From Octopus vulgaris (Eukaryota): 64,000 nt of DNA. The DNA lies in assembly GCA_951406725.2 (NCBI GenBank), contig OX597816.1:106950001-107014000 (forward strand), in the 5' to 3' direction. A program made the position numbers and the translations under genes. Below, in pieces: positions 52,260 through 64,000 of the stretch. Each line of letters begins with the position of its first letter. The stretch's first letter is position 1. The notes beneath the pieces are model-generated. The model was not told the origin of the DNA. It ran no database searches and saw only the letters and a program-made list of their open reading frames with translations.

Positions 52260-52922
52260 ACTTATCGGGAGTTCGGTTAGCAGACCGGACAAAAGTGCTT
52301 AGTGACATTTCTTTATGTCCTGGGTTCAAATTCCGTTGAGGTTGACTTTGCTTTTTATCTTTCGAGATCGATAAAGCATGTACCAGTTGACCACTGGGGT
52401 TCGTATTATCGGCTAACCCAGTTTTCTGGCAGAATCGTTACCATGCCGGATAAACTGCTTAGTGGCATTTCGTCCGCCTCTAAGTTCTGAGTTCAACTTC
52501 TCCCGGGGTCGACTTTGCATTTCATGCTTTCGGGGTCGATGAAATAAGTACCAGTTTAGCACGGGGGTGGGGTGTTGAATCGATCTATTCGACTATCCCC
52601 TGCCCCAAAATTCCAGGCCTCGTACCTCTAGAAACGATTCTTTAGTTGAACAAAGTAGCGAGCTGGCAGAATCGTTAATCCACCGAAAAAAAAAAAAAAA
52701 AAGAGGTGTGATATTTCTTCCGGCTCTTTGCGTCCTGAGTTCAAATTCTATAGGGGTCAGCTCTTTCTTTCGTCCTTTCAAGGGTCGATAAAATTAGTAT
52801 CAGCCGAGCACTGGGGCTAATGTAATCGGCTTCCTTTTCCTTTAAAATTGCTGGCCTTGTACCGGTGAGTTGGCAGAATTTTTAGAGCATCGGGAAATTG
52901 ATTTGCAGTATTTGTTCCAGCT
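52260..52922 (+). mobile_element. Cluster of four head-to-tail degenerate SINE B copies; the last is split by the LTR and resumes at 53394-53550
   Basis: Repeated CTGGCAGAATCGTTA / GAGTTCAA / GGGTCGAT..AAGTACCAG blocks. Confidence 0.8.
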
Positions 52923-53393
52923 TGTCGCGGTCTGAATGTTGTGGGGCTAGTCTGTGGTGGTGACTGATTGAGTTGATGAACGAAAATATGTTTTTAGGGT
53001 TAACAGAAGATTTTATTATCGCACATAACGACAAACTGTGTTGGCCTTTTAAAGGTAACAACAGCAATAATTTCATACTGGGTGGGAAATACTGCTTGGA
53101 GTTTATGGCAAACTATTGATACAGCAACATGCGGCTGGCCCAACATAACATGGCAACGGAGATACCTGTCGTCTATTTGTGCCATCTTTCTTATCCTCTT
53201 TCCTGGGTTGTCTGGCCGGTAAAAATGCGCACCGGGCAATTTTTATAGGTGACTGGAAGCCAAGTTCTAGAATGTTCGAGAAAACCTGTCCATGCCATTG
53301 ATTCACACTCATTGGTCGGTTAATAGACCGATCGCGTGAAATTATGGTGGTGTGTTCGCATATCTAGGGATTCGGTTTCGAGTCCCCCCTACA
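52923..53393 (-). mobile_element. Solo LTR (471 bp), Gypsy-like, with a 4-bp TSD
   Basis: AGCT|TGTCGCGG...CCCCTACA|AGCT inside a SINE B. The minus strand carries CCAAT, HSE, TATAAAAA (53240-53247) and AATAAA (~53012-53017) in LTR order. Confidence 0.85.
53240..53283 (-). promoter_or_regulatory. Perfect four-unit HSE ~17 bp upstream of a TATA box
   Basis: TTC-ta-GAA-tg-TTC-ga-GAA at 53265-53282; TATAAAAA on the minus strand at 53240-53247. Confidence 0.7.
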
Positions 53394-53854
53394 AGCTCTT
53401 TACGTTCTGGTTTCAAATCTTGCCGAGGTCAACTTCGTCTTTTTTCTTTTCAGAGTCAATAAAATAAATACCAGCCAAATACTAGCCTAGATACCAGTCG
53501 ATGGTATCAACTTACCTTCTTTCCTAAAAATTGTTGGCCTTGTTCCAACAATTTTTCAGAAATAATCAGAAATAATTATTATTTAATTGAAGGAAAGGCA
53601 CATCGCCCAAGCTTTTGTAGGCTTTCACAAATTGTTCGGGTTGTTATTTAGCCACAGGTTATCTCTGATCGAACAGACTTAATGATAAAAACCGTTCCAG
53701 ACGTAATCATACCATCTTTCTCTTTACTCCAGACATAGTATGTTTATGTCGCTTTCACCAATGTGTCCCTTTTTCCTTTAAAATTCTTGTATTTGATTTA
53801 TAATCATGTAGTAAATAATCTTAGTATTATTGTGATTAATGTTATAACTTAGAA

Positions 53855-54045
53855 CATGGCGGTGAACTGGCGCACTCGTTAGCACGTCGGGCAAACATTT
53901 TGTCGGTCTTTACATTCTGAGTTCAAATTCCACTGAGGTCGACTTCGCTTTTCATCGTTTCGGATTCGATAAAACAAGTACCAGTTGATCGATTTAACCC
54001 CTTCCCCTAAATTACTGGTCTTGTGCTAAAATTTGAAGTCATTAT
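53855..54045 (+). mobile_element. SINE family B
   Basis: GGCGGTGAACTGGC..TTCTGAGTTCAAATTCCACTGAGGTCGACTT..GATAAAACAAGTACCAG. Confidence 0.82.
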
Positions 54046-54409
54046 TATTTGATATAATATGTATTGTAATGAATAAATTAGATATTTGGGCTTTGCTTAT
54101 AACTGAACAAGATGTATCTCTACATATGTAGGAAAAGTTAATTCTTTGGTTATTAAATATAGAAAAATGTGTGTAAATATCAGAAAAATGAGACTTGTTA
54201 ATAATAATTATATTATTTTGAGTATAGGCATAAAGTTTAAATAGGTTTTTGTGTATCGTAAACTTATAGAATTCTGAATAAATTTATAATATATATAATT
54301 GATTCGCTGAATATGTATCGATTATATTTGTAATTGTTATTGGAAACAAATCTTTTGTAATAATATGATTATTATTTATGAATTTGTCAATGATGAATTA
54401 AGTGGAAGT

Positions 54410-54620
54410 GGAGGTGTGTGGCTTAGTGGTTAGGGTGTTAGATCGTAAGATTGTAGTTTCAATTCCTGGATCGGACAACACGTTGTGCTCTTGAGCAAAA
54501 CTCGGCAAAAATGAGTATTGCCGCGACGGACCGGCGTCCCGTCCAGGTAGGGAATTTATGCGCCATGGAAGCCGGGAAACCGGCCGTTTTGAGGCTGTAT
54601 GACTTGGAAAGAAACCTTTA
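54410..54620 (+). mobile_element. tRNA-derived SINE family C (Meta/V-like core)
   Basis: A-box TGGCTTAGTGG, B-box-like GTTTCAATTCC, then CTTGAGCAAA and GCGACGGACCGGCGTCCCGTCCAGG..GAAACCGG. Confidence 0.65.
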
Positions 54621-55179
54621 AGTTAAATAGACGTTTCGAGTATGTCGAGTGACCACATAAAGATTTCCATGTTTACTCGGGACGGGTGAGACTGATGTAG
54701 ACGACCAGCTTCTATTGAATGTTGATAACAGTAGGGAAAAAACACACAGCTGCAGTACCGAGGATGTTGGATTGAACAAAGTTTTTAATGCAGGATTTGG
54801 GGCATAAAACAGAATAACAATGATGAGAAGAAAGAACGTAGCGAGGAATCAGGTGGGCTTAGATAGAATGAGTACACAGTTACTTCAGAGGAGCAGGAAT
54901 AGAAGAGGCAAACATGCGTAGTGTGTTGGGGGTGGTGGTGAAGATTTGTCAGTCAATCGGATGGTAGCGAAAATCCTATCCATTGTTTTACAGTGAATTC
55001 TTAAGTTAACTAAAAATAAAAATTTAATGCGAATAAAGGAATCGCTATACTTTAGTTAGACATGCTAGAAATAACAACCAAATCTCCCTCAAACCACACT
55101 ATACAATCTGATACAAATGCATTGGGTATTGTACTTTTATGTAACCCTAAAAAGACAGATGATAGAATCAAGAATATTG

Positions 55180-55325
55180 TAAAGGTGTCGCAGTGTGTTA
55201 AGTGGTTTGCTTCTCAACCACATGGTTCCGGATTCAGTCTTCAACTATAATACCGGACCGACCAGAGCCTTGTGAGTGGATATGGTAGATGGAAACTGAA
55301 AGACTGCCGTATATATGTATACATC

Positions 55326-55371
<46 letters not shown>

Positions 55372-55582
55372 TCTCCTACCACTGCTTGATAACTTTTGTT
55401 GGTTTATTTACGTTCCCGTAATATAGCGGATCGGCTTAAAAGAAACCAGAAGAATAAGTATCCAGGCTTTTAAAAAATTAGTATAGGTGGGAGTGAGGGT
55501 TGATTCATTCGACTAAAACTCTTCAAGGCAATGCCCCAGCTTGGCCGCTGCCTTATGATTGAAACAAATAAAAGGTAAAAGA
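55180..55582 (+). mobile_element. SINE family A, diverged
   Basis: CAACCACATGGTTCCGG..CCTTGTGAGTGGATATGGTAGATGGAAACTGAA..(TG)n..GCCCCAGC..TGAAACAAATAAAAG. Confidence 0.85.
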
Positions 55583-55847
55583 CCATTGTTTTACAGAGAA
55601 TTCTTACGTTAAATGTAAAAATATAAAGCGAACGATGAACCCACTACGCAGTCGTTAGACATGCTAGAAAGAAGGACCAAATCTTTCTCAGATCATACCA
55701 AACAATCTTAAACAAACACATAGTATGTTGTAGTTCTCCATAATCCTAAAATGACTCATGATCACAACAGGAATGTTTTTGATCATTGTTGACCGGCACT
55801 AAACAACATAAAAGTCCGTCACGTGTAATTAATATTTCATGACTGTA

Positions 55848-56270
55848 AGGCGGCGAGTTGGCAGAATCCTTACGACGGCGAGCTGGCAGAATCGTTAGCA
55901 CTCCGGGCGAAATGCTTAGCAGTATTTCGTCTGCCGTTACGTTCTGAGTTCAAATTCCGCCGAGGTCGACTTTGCCTTTCATTCTTTCGGGGTCGATAAA
56001 TTAAGTACCAGTTACACACTTGGGTCGATGTAATCGACTTAATCCCTTTGTCTGTCCTTGTTTGTCCCCTCTGTGTTTAGCCCCTTCTGGGCAATAAAGA
56101 AATAAGCATCTTTACCACGCCGGAAAAATTGCTGAGAGGCATTTCTTCCGACATTGCCTTCTGAGTTCAAATGCCGTCGGGATTGACTTTTTCCTTTCAT
56201 CCTTTCGGGGTTGATAAAATAAATACCAGTTGAACAATGAGGTCGATGTAATTGATTTACCTCCTCTCCG
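55848..56270 (+). mobile_element. SINE family B, full copy plus a second degenerate copy
   Basis: Duplicated head GGCGAG.TGGCAGAATC, consensus core, and tail TTTAGCCCCTT.TGGGCAATAAAGAAATA. Confidence 0.92.
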
Positions 56271-56524
56271 GACTTGTATGTATTGCTGATGTTGTTCAGC
56301 CCCGGTCAGCAACGATCATAAGCATTCCTGTTGTGACCATCAGTCATTTCAGGATTATAGGGAACTATAATACACACACACACACGCGCGCGCGTACACA
56401 CGCACAATAAATACACACAGATATATACATATATACATATTCCTGAGCGCCATACTAATACAATTGTTTGTTTGTATTCCACATGCCTTCGTCTTTTGTT
56501 TATTTTCATAAAGCTTCCTGGTAT

Positions 56525-56657
<133 letters not shown>

Positions 56658-56807
56658 TATATATATATATTTATATCTATATATATATATATGTATGTAT
56701 GTATATATAACGGGAAGCTTTATGAAAATAGACAAAAGACGAAGGCAGGTGGAAAACAAACGAACAATTGTATTAGTATGGCGCTCAGGAAATATAAATA
56801 AAACAAG

Positions 56808-56845
56808 TCTTTAACGTTTCGAGCCTACGCTCTTCAACAGAAAGA
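56808..56845 (-). ncRNA. Minimal type I hammerhead ribozyme (A6U variant) in the pLTR
   Basis: TCTTT-CTGTTGAA-GAGC-GTAG-GCTC-GAAA-CG-TT-AAAGA; stems I and II pair perfectly. Confidence 0.75.
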
Positions 56846-57705
56846 TACACAGAGAGAAAAAAAACACAGAAAGAAGGAGAGAAAAAAAATGCGTGCAGTA
56901 GCTAACGAATCAACATGGCGATCTGATTTCGGCCAGAGGTCAAAGATCAAACATGAGACGCGAGAGCGAAATAAGGGGAGATAATAGGGTTGATAATAGG
57001 GTTGATAATAGGGTTGAAGGACCAGCTAATAGTGCGTAGGAGGGGTCTGGACGTGTGTATGTATAGGGTTGGTGTATGTATTAGTATGTATAAGGTGTGT
57101 GTGTGTGTGTGTGTGTGTATGAGAGAGTATTAGTGCGTAGGATTGGTCTGGACGTGCGTATGTATGGGGTTGGTGTATGTATTAGTATGTATTAGTATGT
57201 ATTAGTACGTATTAGTATGTATAATGTGTGTGTGTGTGTATGAGAGAGTATAAGTGCGTATGAGGGGTCTGGACGTGTGTATGTATAGGGTTGGTGTATG
57301 TATTAGTATGTATTAGTATGTATTAGTACGTATTGGTATGTATTAGTTGGTGTATGTATTAGTATGGCACATCATATATGATGTGATGTGTAAAGTCGTG
57401 TGGTGTAGTGAGGAGAAGAGGGGGAGGGGGAGAAGAGGGGGGAGAGAAGGGGAGGGGGAGAAGAGGGGAGGAGAGGGGGGAAGAGGAGAGGATGGAGGAG
57501 AGAGGGGGAGGAGGGGGAGGAAGGAGGAAAGAGGGAGAGGGGGAGAGAGAAGGGGAGTGAGGGAGTGAGGGAGCAGAGGGAAGGGGAAGAGGGAAGGAGG
57601 GAGGGAGAAAGAGGGAAGAAGGGAAGGGGAGTAGGGGTGAAAGGATGAAGGACTGAAGAAGTAGGGGTCGGGGGGAAAGGATAGGTGAGGAGGGGGAGAG
57701 GGGGG

Positions 57706-58842
57706 TTAGATGAGGAGGTGGGGAGAGTTGAGACCAAATGGCGTATAAGAGCGAAGAGAGAAGATTAATTCCTGTTCACGGCGCAAACGGGAATCCGGAT
57801 GGCCTCTGTGTAAGGACAAACCGAACACAGATAGGTGTTGCAAGGAGTGACCGGTGGAGCGGAAATGGCGTGAGACCGGTGTGTCGTTCGCAAGGTGGAT
57901 GTCACGAAGGTGTTCCGCGAACCGGTCAGCCAAGCGGCGTCCCGTTTGTCCGATGTACAAGGAATTGCAGAGAGAGCAAGAGATGCAATAGATAATATTG
58001 CTGGAGGTGCAGGTGAAGGAGTGGATGATGGGATAGGGTCGATGGTGGGTGCTAGTGAGGCGGGTGGTGTTGGAGAGGTAAGGGCAAGTGCGGCAACGTG
58101 GGCGGGAGCAGGGGAACGAGCCGGGTTGGGAGGTAGGGTCAGGGAAGGAGCTATGGACCAAAAGGTCTCGAAGGTTGTGGGCTCGTTTGAAAGAGGGGAG
58201 GGGTCGGTTAGGGAAGAGGTGTGAAGTGGACGGGTCAGACTGGAGATGACGGAAAGCTCGAAGAATGGTGCGTTGGAGACGTAGGGTCGTGGGGTGGTAA
58301 GTGAGGGGAAAAGGGAGGCGGGAGACTACAGGGCGGGTTCGGGGGGAGAGAGAAGATACACGGTCCACGGACCGTGCTCTGGCAAGGGCGGTGTGGATAG
58401 TGGTGAGGGGGTATCCACGTAGGGTGAAGTGGTGAGCCATACGTTGAAACTGAGTCTCAAAGTCATGGTCGTCACTACAGAGCCTACGTAGACGGAGGAA
58501 TTGGGAATAGGGGATGGAAAGCTTGGTGTGTTCTGGGTGGGAGGAAGAGAAGTTGAGGTATGAGTGTGAGTCTGTGTGTTTGTAGTGAATGGAGGTGGTA
58601 AGAGTGGAGTGAAGAATGCTAACCGAAATGTCGAGGAAGGAGACAGAGGTGTTGGAGATAGTGGAAGTGAAGTGGAGGGCTGGATGGAAAGATTGGACGA
58701 AAGAGAGGAAGGAATCTAGATGTTCGCGGGAGAGTGAGGTGGCACCGATAATGCCGTCGATGTAACGACCATATAGTTCAGGAGTGGGACCAGTGAAATT
58801 AGAGAATATTTGGGCCTCAACATAGCCAACGAACAGGTTCGC

Positions 58843-58845
<3 letters not shown>
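57706..58845 (-). CDS. Penelope (Neptune) RT C-terminus + Cys linker + GIY-YIG endonuclease, 5'-truncated
   Basis: YANLFVGYVE, RYIDGI (YIDD with D to G), SFLDISV, HYKHTDSHSYL..SSHP, IPYSQFLRLRRLCS, CSRPRCRTC and NIIYCISC..LYIGQTGRRLADRFAEH. The N-terminal YIYI of the tracked ORF is only (TA)n. Confidence 0.93.
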
Positions 58846-58901
<56 letters not shown>

Positions 58902-59659
58902 CAGTCTTCTTTCAGTTTCCATCTACAAAAGTTTGGAACCAATATTTCATGACTGTCTACCTTCTCTTAAGCAGTATCAGATAGCTCGATAGTTCTCCCT
59001 GTTGTCGTCTATGGAGCATTTTCTGAAGTGTGAAAGCACGATGTACTTAGCATCAGTCTCGTTTCAACAGACTGAATATTTTTCAGAAGTTGTTGGGAGA
59101 GATGGCATAATCGTTAGGGCATCAGACAGAATTCTTTGCAATATTTATGCTGGCTCTTTGCGAACAGAGTTCAAATTCCGTCTTAGGATTCAAATACCTA
59201 TGATTGCCAGAGCTAATGGCCTGACAATGGAACTGCAATTGAATGTAAGAAAGTTGCAATGAATGGAGGAGCAATTGTGTTATCTGATACTGTAGTCGGG
59301 CAAGAAAAAATCTGCGTCAAAACGACACGAAATGATTATCAAGTTTTGAATAATGACGATGATTAACAGTTTAGTCACGAGTAAGGAAATTAAAATAGAA
59401 TTCTTTGTTAAAAATTTTCCGATTCTTCTAATATTGGCGAGAGACAAATTCATGGAATTTTAAATAACGGTATACCATCTTTAAATCTGATTCTTTATTC
59501 AAATAGATTCACAATGGTAAGAAATTTTTTAATCTAACAAGTGATACATTTCCCAAAATTTGACAATCATTTCGTGTCGTTTTGGTATAGATTTTTTTTC
59601 TCTTGTCAGTTTCTCATTATTGTAAAAGATAGATACATTTGCAGACAAATGAATGGACA

Positions 59660-59935
59660 ATGAGGGAGCCTGTACATGGTTACTCAACCAGCTAGAAATG
59701 ACAGCAACATCTCCGCCAAATGACTCCTTAAAATGAGCTAGCAAAGAAATAGCTACGTAGTCATATAACCCTCACGAAATAACAACTAAATTTTTTTCAG
59801 ATAATACACTAACGTATTAAAAAATGGAAGAGCACGTTGTATTCCTAAGATACAGAATGCATTGAAAATGCAATGGAACGACTTTGATCACAGCTCGGAT
59901 CCTTCAGGGCTTGCCTCGGACAAAGCAACAACAAT
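59660..59935 (+). repeat. Unclassified dispersed repeat (GCTAGAAA..CAG/C..AAATCTC ... TTTGATCA..CAGGGC..AACAACA)
   Basis: Related pieces at ~8195, 55055 and 55655-55810 (+), and at 53640-53790, 56290-56345 and 61115-61290 (-). Confidence 0.5.
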
Positions 59936-60206
59936 AACCTCATGCAAGTCTACATTCATCCGTTTGATTGATGTTACTATGATATCCTGCAATAAGTGAT
60001 CTATTCACAATACGTATATTTGGGCGTCACTGTAGTTTATTGATGAACTAACTGTTAATGCATTGTTTTACTCTTTCACTGGCAAATATTTTTTAGATGC
60101 AGCCAATTCTGGAGTGCTTCCTTCAAGAGTTTCATACAAAGTAATAAGTCATGTGTATGGTGAAAAGCGCAAGTTATTTCGTTTGGCAGATATCTGTATG
60201 CACGAG

Positions 60207-60435
60207 AAGGCGGCGAGCTGGCAGAATCGTTAGCACGCCGGGCGAAGTGCTTAGCGGTATTTCATCTGAGTTCTGAGTTCAAATTCCGCCGAGGTCGACT
60301 TTGCCTTTCATCCTTTCGGGGTCGATAAATTAAGTACCAGTTACACATTGGGGTCGATGTAATCGACTTAATCCCTTTATCTGCCCTTGTTTGTCCCCTC
60401 CATGTTTAGCCCCTTGTGGGCAATAAAGAAATAAA
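60207..60435 (+). mobile_element. SINE family B, full length, near consensus
   Basis: AAGGCGGCGAGCTGGCAGAATCGTTAGCACGCCGGGCGAA..GAGGTCGACTTTGCCTTTCATCCTTTCGGGGTCGATAAATTAAGTACCAG. Confidence 0.93.
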
Positions 60436-60844
60436 ATATTAGTATTCATCAGTAAATAATTTATTTGGTGAATTTATAAACAAGAACCTATAACTCTTGT
60501 TAGATTCATTAGACTGGGGTAGCTTTGGATGAGAGGACGCAACGATGTCGAAACAGGGGTTCCTGAAGTCTCCTTGTAACTAAAGATCATTCTGTTCATG
60601 CTCAAATCTGCCGGAACGTATTAAGAATGAATATATATGCCATTGTAAATCTAAAGCTCATAGTACGGAACTTATTCAATTGATTTCTATTTATCGAATG
60701 GCTAAGTCAACCTTGGAGTAAAAGCATTTCACTCTTAAAAATGAGAACAAGTTATGTTTGCTTAGTTATAAAAGGACGTTAGAGATATTACACTGGACTT
60801 CGAAAGTACAGAATGATTCACTTCTTTCTATAGAAATATTGGTT

Positions 60845-61042
60845 TCAAATTTTGGCACAAGGCCAGCAATTTCATGGGAGTGAGTAAGTCGATTACATCA
60901 ATTGGTTGTAATTTTATCGACCCCGAAAAGATGAAATGCAGAGTTGACCTCGGTGGAATTTGAACTCAGAACGTAGAGACGAACGAAATGCCGCTAAGCA
61001 TTTTCTCTGACGCAGTAACGATTCTGTCAGCTTGCCGCCTTG
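60845..61042 (-). mobile_element. SINE family B
   Basis: TTGGCACAAGGCCAGC..TATCGACCCCGAAAAGATGAAA..AACGATTCTGTCAGCTTGCCGCCTT. Confidence 0.88.
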
Positions 61043-62136
61043 TCTCTATATAAATATCAACAGTATCTGCAGTTTCTCAGATGGAAGGACTATGAGAAAA
61101 GCCTTCATTTTCACGTTGTTGTTGTTGGTAGTATTTTAACCTAAGTCGACCCTGTTTAAACAGAAGGCGTATGATCAAAGCCTTCGGACCGGCTTATGAT
61201 CAAAGACATTCAAACTGTAACCATCCCGCCTTTGTCAAGCATTGTATACTACAGATTACATTATATAATGTATCGTTCCCTTTGTTTGTGAGGTAGTATA
61301 TAAACACAGTATGGCCGAATGGCTAAGAAGTTAGTTTTACAATTGCCAGGTGGCAGGTTCCACCTCAGGGTGTGGCACCTCGGAAGAGTGTCTTTTATTC
61401 TAGCTTCGAGCCAACCTATGCCTTATTCTTAGTTCCATATTTACCTAAGAAAATCAGCAGTTCTTCGTAAAAAGGAGTTCCTACATGCTTCATTAAGAAG
61501 AGACAAACATAGAAACAAGTAATATTACGTCAAATGTGTATGCTCTTATCCATTCCATTACATAACCAGAAGAAATATTTGACTCAAGATGTCAGCACGC
61601 AGAGGGTTATTTTTTCTCTATACGTGTCATGATTTGAACAAATCTTGTATCACTAGCAAGAGTAAACTATTATCTGAAAGAAATGTAGCTTTTTAACTAA
61701 TGTTTTTCAATTTGATCTTGTATGTAACTGATTTCGTTTCATATAAAACCTTTAGCTCACCTGGCGTATGACATGTTCACCTAGCATATGACATGTTCAC
61801 TAGAGCTTAATACAAATTACCATATCAAAACAATTTGTAATATAAAAACAAAAATACGAAACAAAATGAGATGATTTCTTTATTTATTATGATTAGTTTT
61901 TTAATCAGCAATTATTGAAATGAAATAAAAAATTGTTCTTTTTAGTTTCAATAAATTCTGAAATATCAAAGTTGATACTTCTCAAACAAGCAATTAAGCA
62001 AACAATGATGAAAGTGAGACACGTTATTTGTTATTGTGGTGGTACTGGGTTTAGTTCCAGATCAGCTCTGTTTGAGGGCAGACATATAAGCAAAGATATT
62101 GCCGTATATATATATTTAACCTAACCACTAAGCGAC

Positions 62137-62452
62137 GTCGCTTAGTGGTTAGGTTATTCGACTTACAATCGTAAGGTCGTGGGTTCGACTGTCAGCGGTG
62201 TGTTGTGTCTTTGAGAATGGCGCTCTATTTTCTGTTGCTCCAGTCCACTGAGCTGTCAAAAATGTGCAGTACCTTTATTTGGAAGGGCCAGCCTTGTTAC
62301 CTTGTGTCTTACGCTGATTCTTCCCGAAAACTATATACAGCGTACGCGTGTCTGTGGAGTGCTCAGCCATTTGCATGCTAATTACACGAGCAGGCTGCCC
62401 GGTGATCGAACCAACAGGCACCCTCGTCGGCGTAACCGACGGAATGCCAGTT
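62137..62452 (+). mobile_element. tRNA-derived SINE, family C-like head
   Basis: GCTTAGTGGTTAGG (A-box), GGTTCGACT (B-box), TTGTGTCTTTGAG; related heads at 50380-50450 and 54410. Confidence 0.7.
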
Positions 62453-62759
62453 TTTTTTCCTCACTTTATGTTAATGTTCTAAAACTCTTTATTTACCTTA
62501 TGTGAAAATGTAATGTGAACCTTTGCTTTGGCCAAGTTAAAAAAAAAGCTATTCCTGTCTTGGCTTCCTCTTTAATAAGCTGTATCATAAGTCATCTTCT
62601 AATTACAATCGGGTTCTTAGGATGGTTTATGCATTTGTTAGTGTTGAAAACCCTTGATATTCACAGGTATGTTATAACAAAGGGAGAAAATACATACATT
62701 ACTTCAGTTTCAACAAATGTTTTTGCCTCCTTGACTTTCAGCCAGAATACACTGATATA

Positions 62760-62942
62760 TTCTTTTATTTGTTTCAGTCATTTGACTGTGGCCATGCTGG
62801 AGCACAGCCTTTAGTCGAACAAATCGACCACGGGACTTATTCTTTGTAAGCCTAGTACTTATTCTATCGGTCTTTTTTACCGAACCGCCAAGTTACGGGG
62901 GCGTAGACACGCCAACATCGATTGTCAAGCGATACTGGGGGA

Positions 62943-63014
<72 letters not shown>

Positions 63015-63176
63015 GACGGGCTTCTTTCAGTTTCTGTCTACCAAATCCACTCACAAGGCTTTGGTCGGCCCGAGGCTATAATAGAAGACACTTGGCCAAG
63101 GTGCCACGCAGTGGGACTGAACCTAGTACTATGTGGTTGGTAAGCAAGCTTCTAACCAGTCAGCCACTCCTGCGCC
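62760..63176 (-). mobile_element. SINE family A, full length
   Basis: Reverse complement of the 7585 copy, including the internal (CA)n(TA)n. Confidence 0.92.
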
Positions 63177-63524
63177 CACTGAAATTATAACTGTCGCATC
63201 ATTTTGGACGTCAACAGACTGTTCTGGAAATATATTTACGTCGACCAAATTTTCTGCAAATCTTCAACACTAGATGGAAGTTATATGTAATTGTATTTCT
63301 CAGCATCGTATGTGGGAATGTAATGATTGAATTCCATTAACAATTTGATGGCTTGTTCAAGAAAATATTCTGAACATCATTAAAATTATGTACTGGAATT
63401 ATTTTTCCTCATTTGATTACTATTAGAAAATATCCAGTTTCTCTGTTCCGCTCTTGTTGCCAACTATTTGAACTTTTCTTTAAATGTATTTGTTCAAATC
63501 ATTCAATTCAGGGTAAAACACACA

Positions 63525-63609
<85 letters not shown>

Positions 63610-64000
63610 CCACGTATCCACATACGCACACACATCAAACTCGAAATTTAACTTAACGAAAGCATCCACTTGGGATCTGAAAATCTTGAAGATAGAGGAC
63701 ATATTTTGCGGATTGAAAGAAAAATTCTACTTCACTTTGTAGAAACATGATTTGCTGCAGAACTTTAACGCAGAAAAATGCTTTGAGAAATATAATAAAT
63801 GTTCATATTCAGATCAAATTCAAGAATAAAATTCGCTGAAGTGTTCCTTAAAGAGGGATTTTTATTATATGAAGTTTACATTTTGATTGCTGCCAATCAT
63901 TATTAGATCTGATCTTTTTAATTATGTATATTTTGAAACAACGTTTCCTTGCTTCAAAAAGTAAGAAAATAAACAAGTAATTCTTCAGTTTAGTGATATT

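Noticed and set aside
54715-54970. Third solo LTR
   Set aside because: The composition is LTR-like, but I could not define a matching CA end or a TSD.
57030-57365. Repeat-spacer-like array (possible CRISPR)
   Set aside because: It consists of three ~100-120-bp tandem units with microsatellite linkers in a Penelope 3' UTR, with no unique spacers, in a eukaryotic context.
61755-61803. p53-like sites in a 19-bp tandem duplication (TGACATGTTCAC x2)
   Set aside because: The half-sites are imperfect and widely spaced; a simple local duplication explains them.

Overview
AT-rich eukaryotic genomic DNA, very rich in microsatellites. The SINE families and repeat content point to a coleoid cephalopod, probably Octopus (inference from recognition, no database search run). 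I found no host protein-coding exon, rRNA, true tRNA or CRISPR array that I can support, and almost all ORFs in the track are translations of (TA)n/(CA)n/(TACA)n/(TAA)n tracts. The window is a mosaic of mobile elements: two abundant tRNA-derived SINE families and a rarer third; five Helitrons (two with Pif1 helicase remnants); CR1 and L2/Crack LINEs; several R4/Dong-type RLE LINE fragments; Penelope-like elements (a young Neptune-type RT+GIY-YIG copy and a decayed Naiad-like copy); hAT and Tc1/mariner MITEs; a probable piggyBac remnant; and two solo LTRs. Four signals stand out. (1) At least eight type I hammerhead ribozyme (HHR) motifs, including a four-copy family with a consistent non-canonical core (pyrimidine at A6). 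(2) An ORF-less ~596-nt partial tandem unit built around an intact long-stem-II HHR, resembling a retrozyme. (3) Two unrelated solo LTRs that both carry heat-shock-element arrays just upstream of a TATA box. (4) Several unrelated TE classes sitting at (TA)n tracts, some of which appear to be seeded by a SINE. Coordinates were read by eye and are approximate for degenerate elements.
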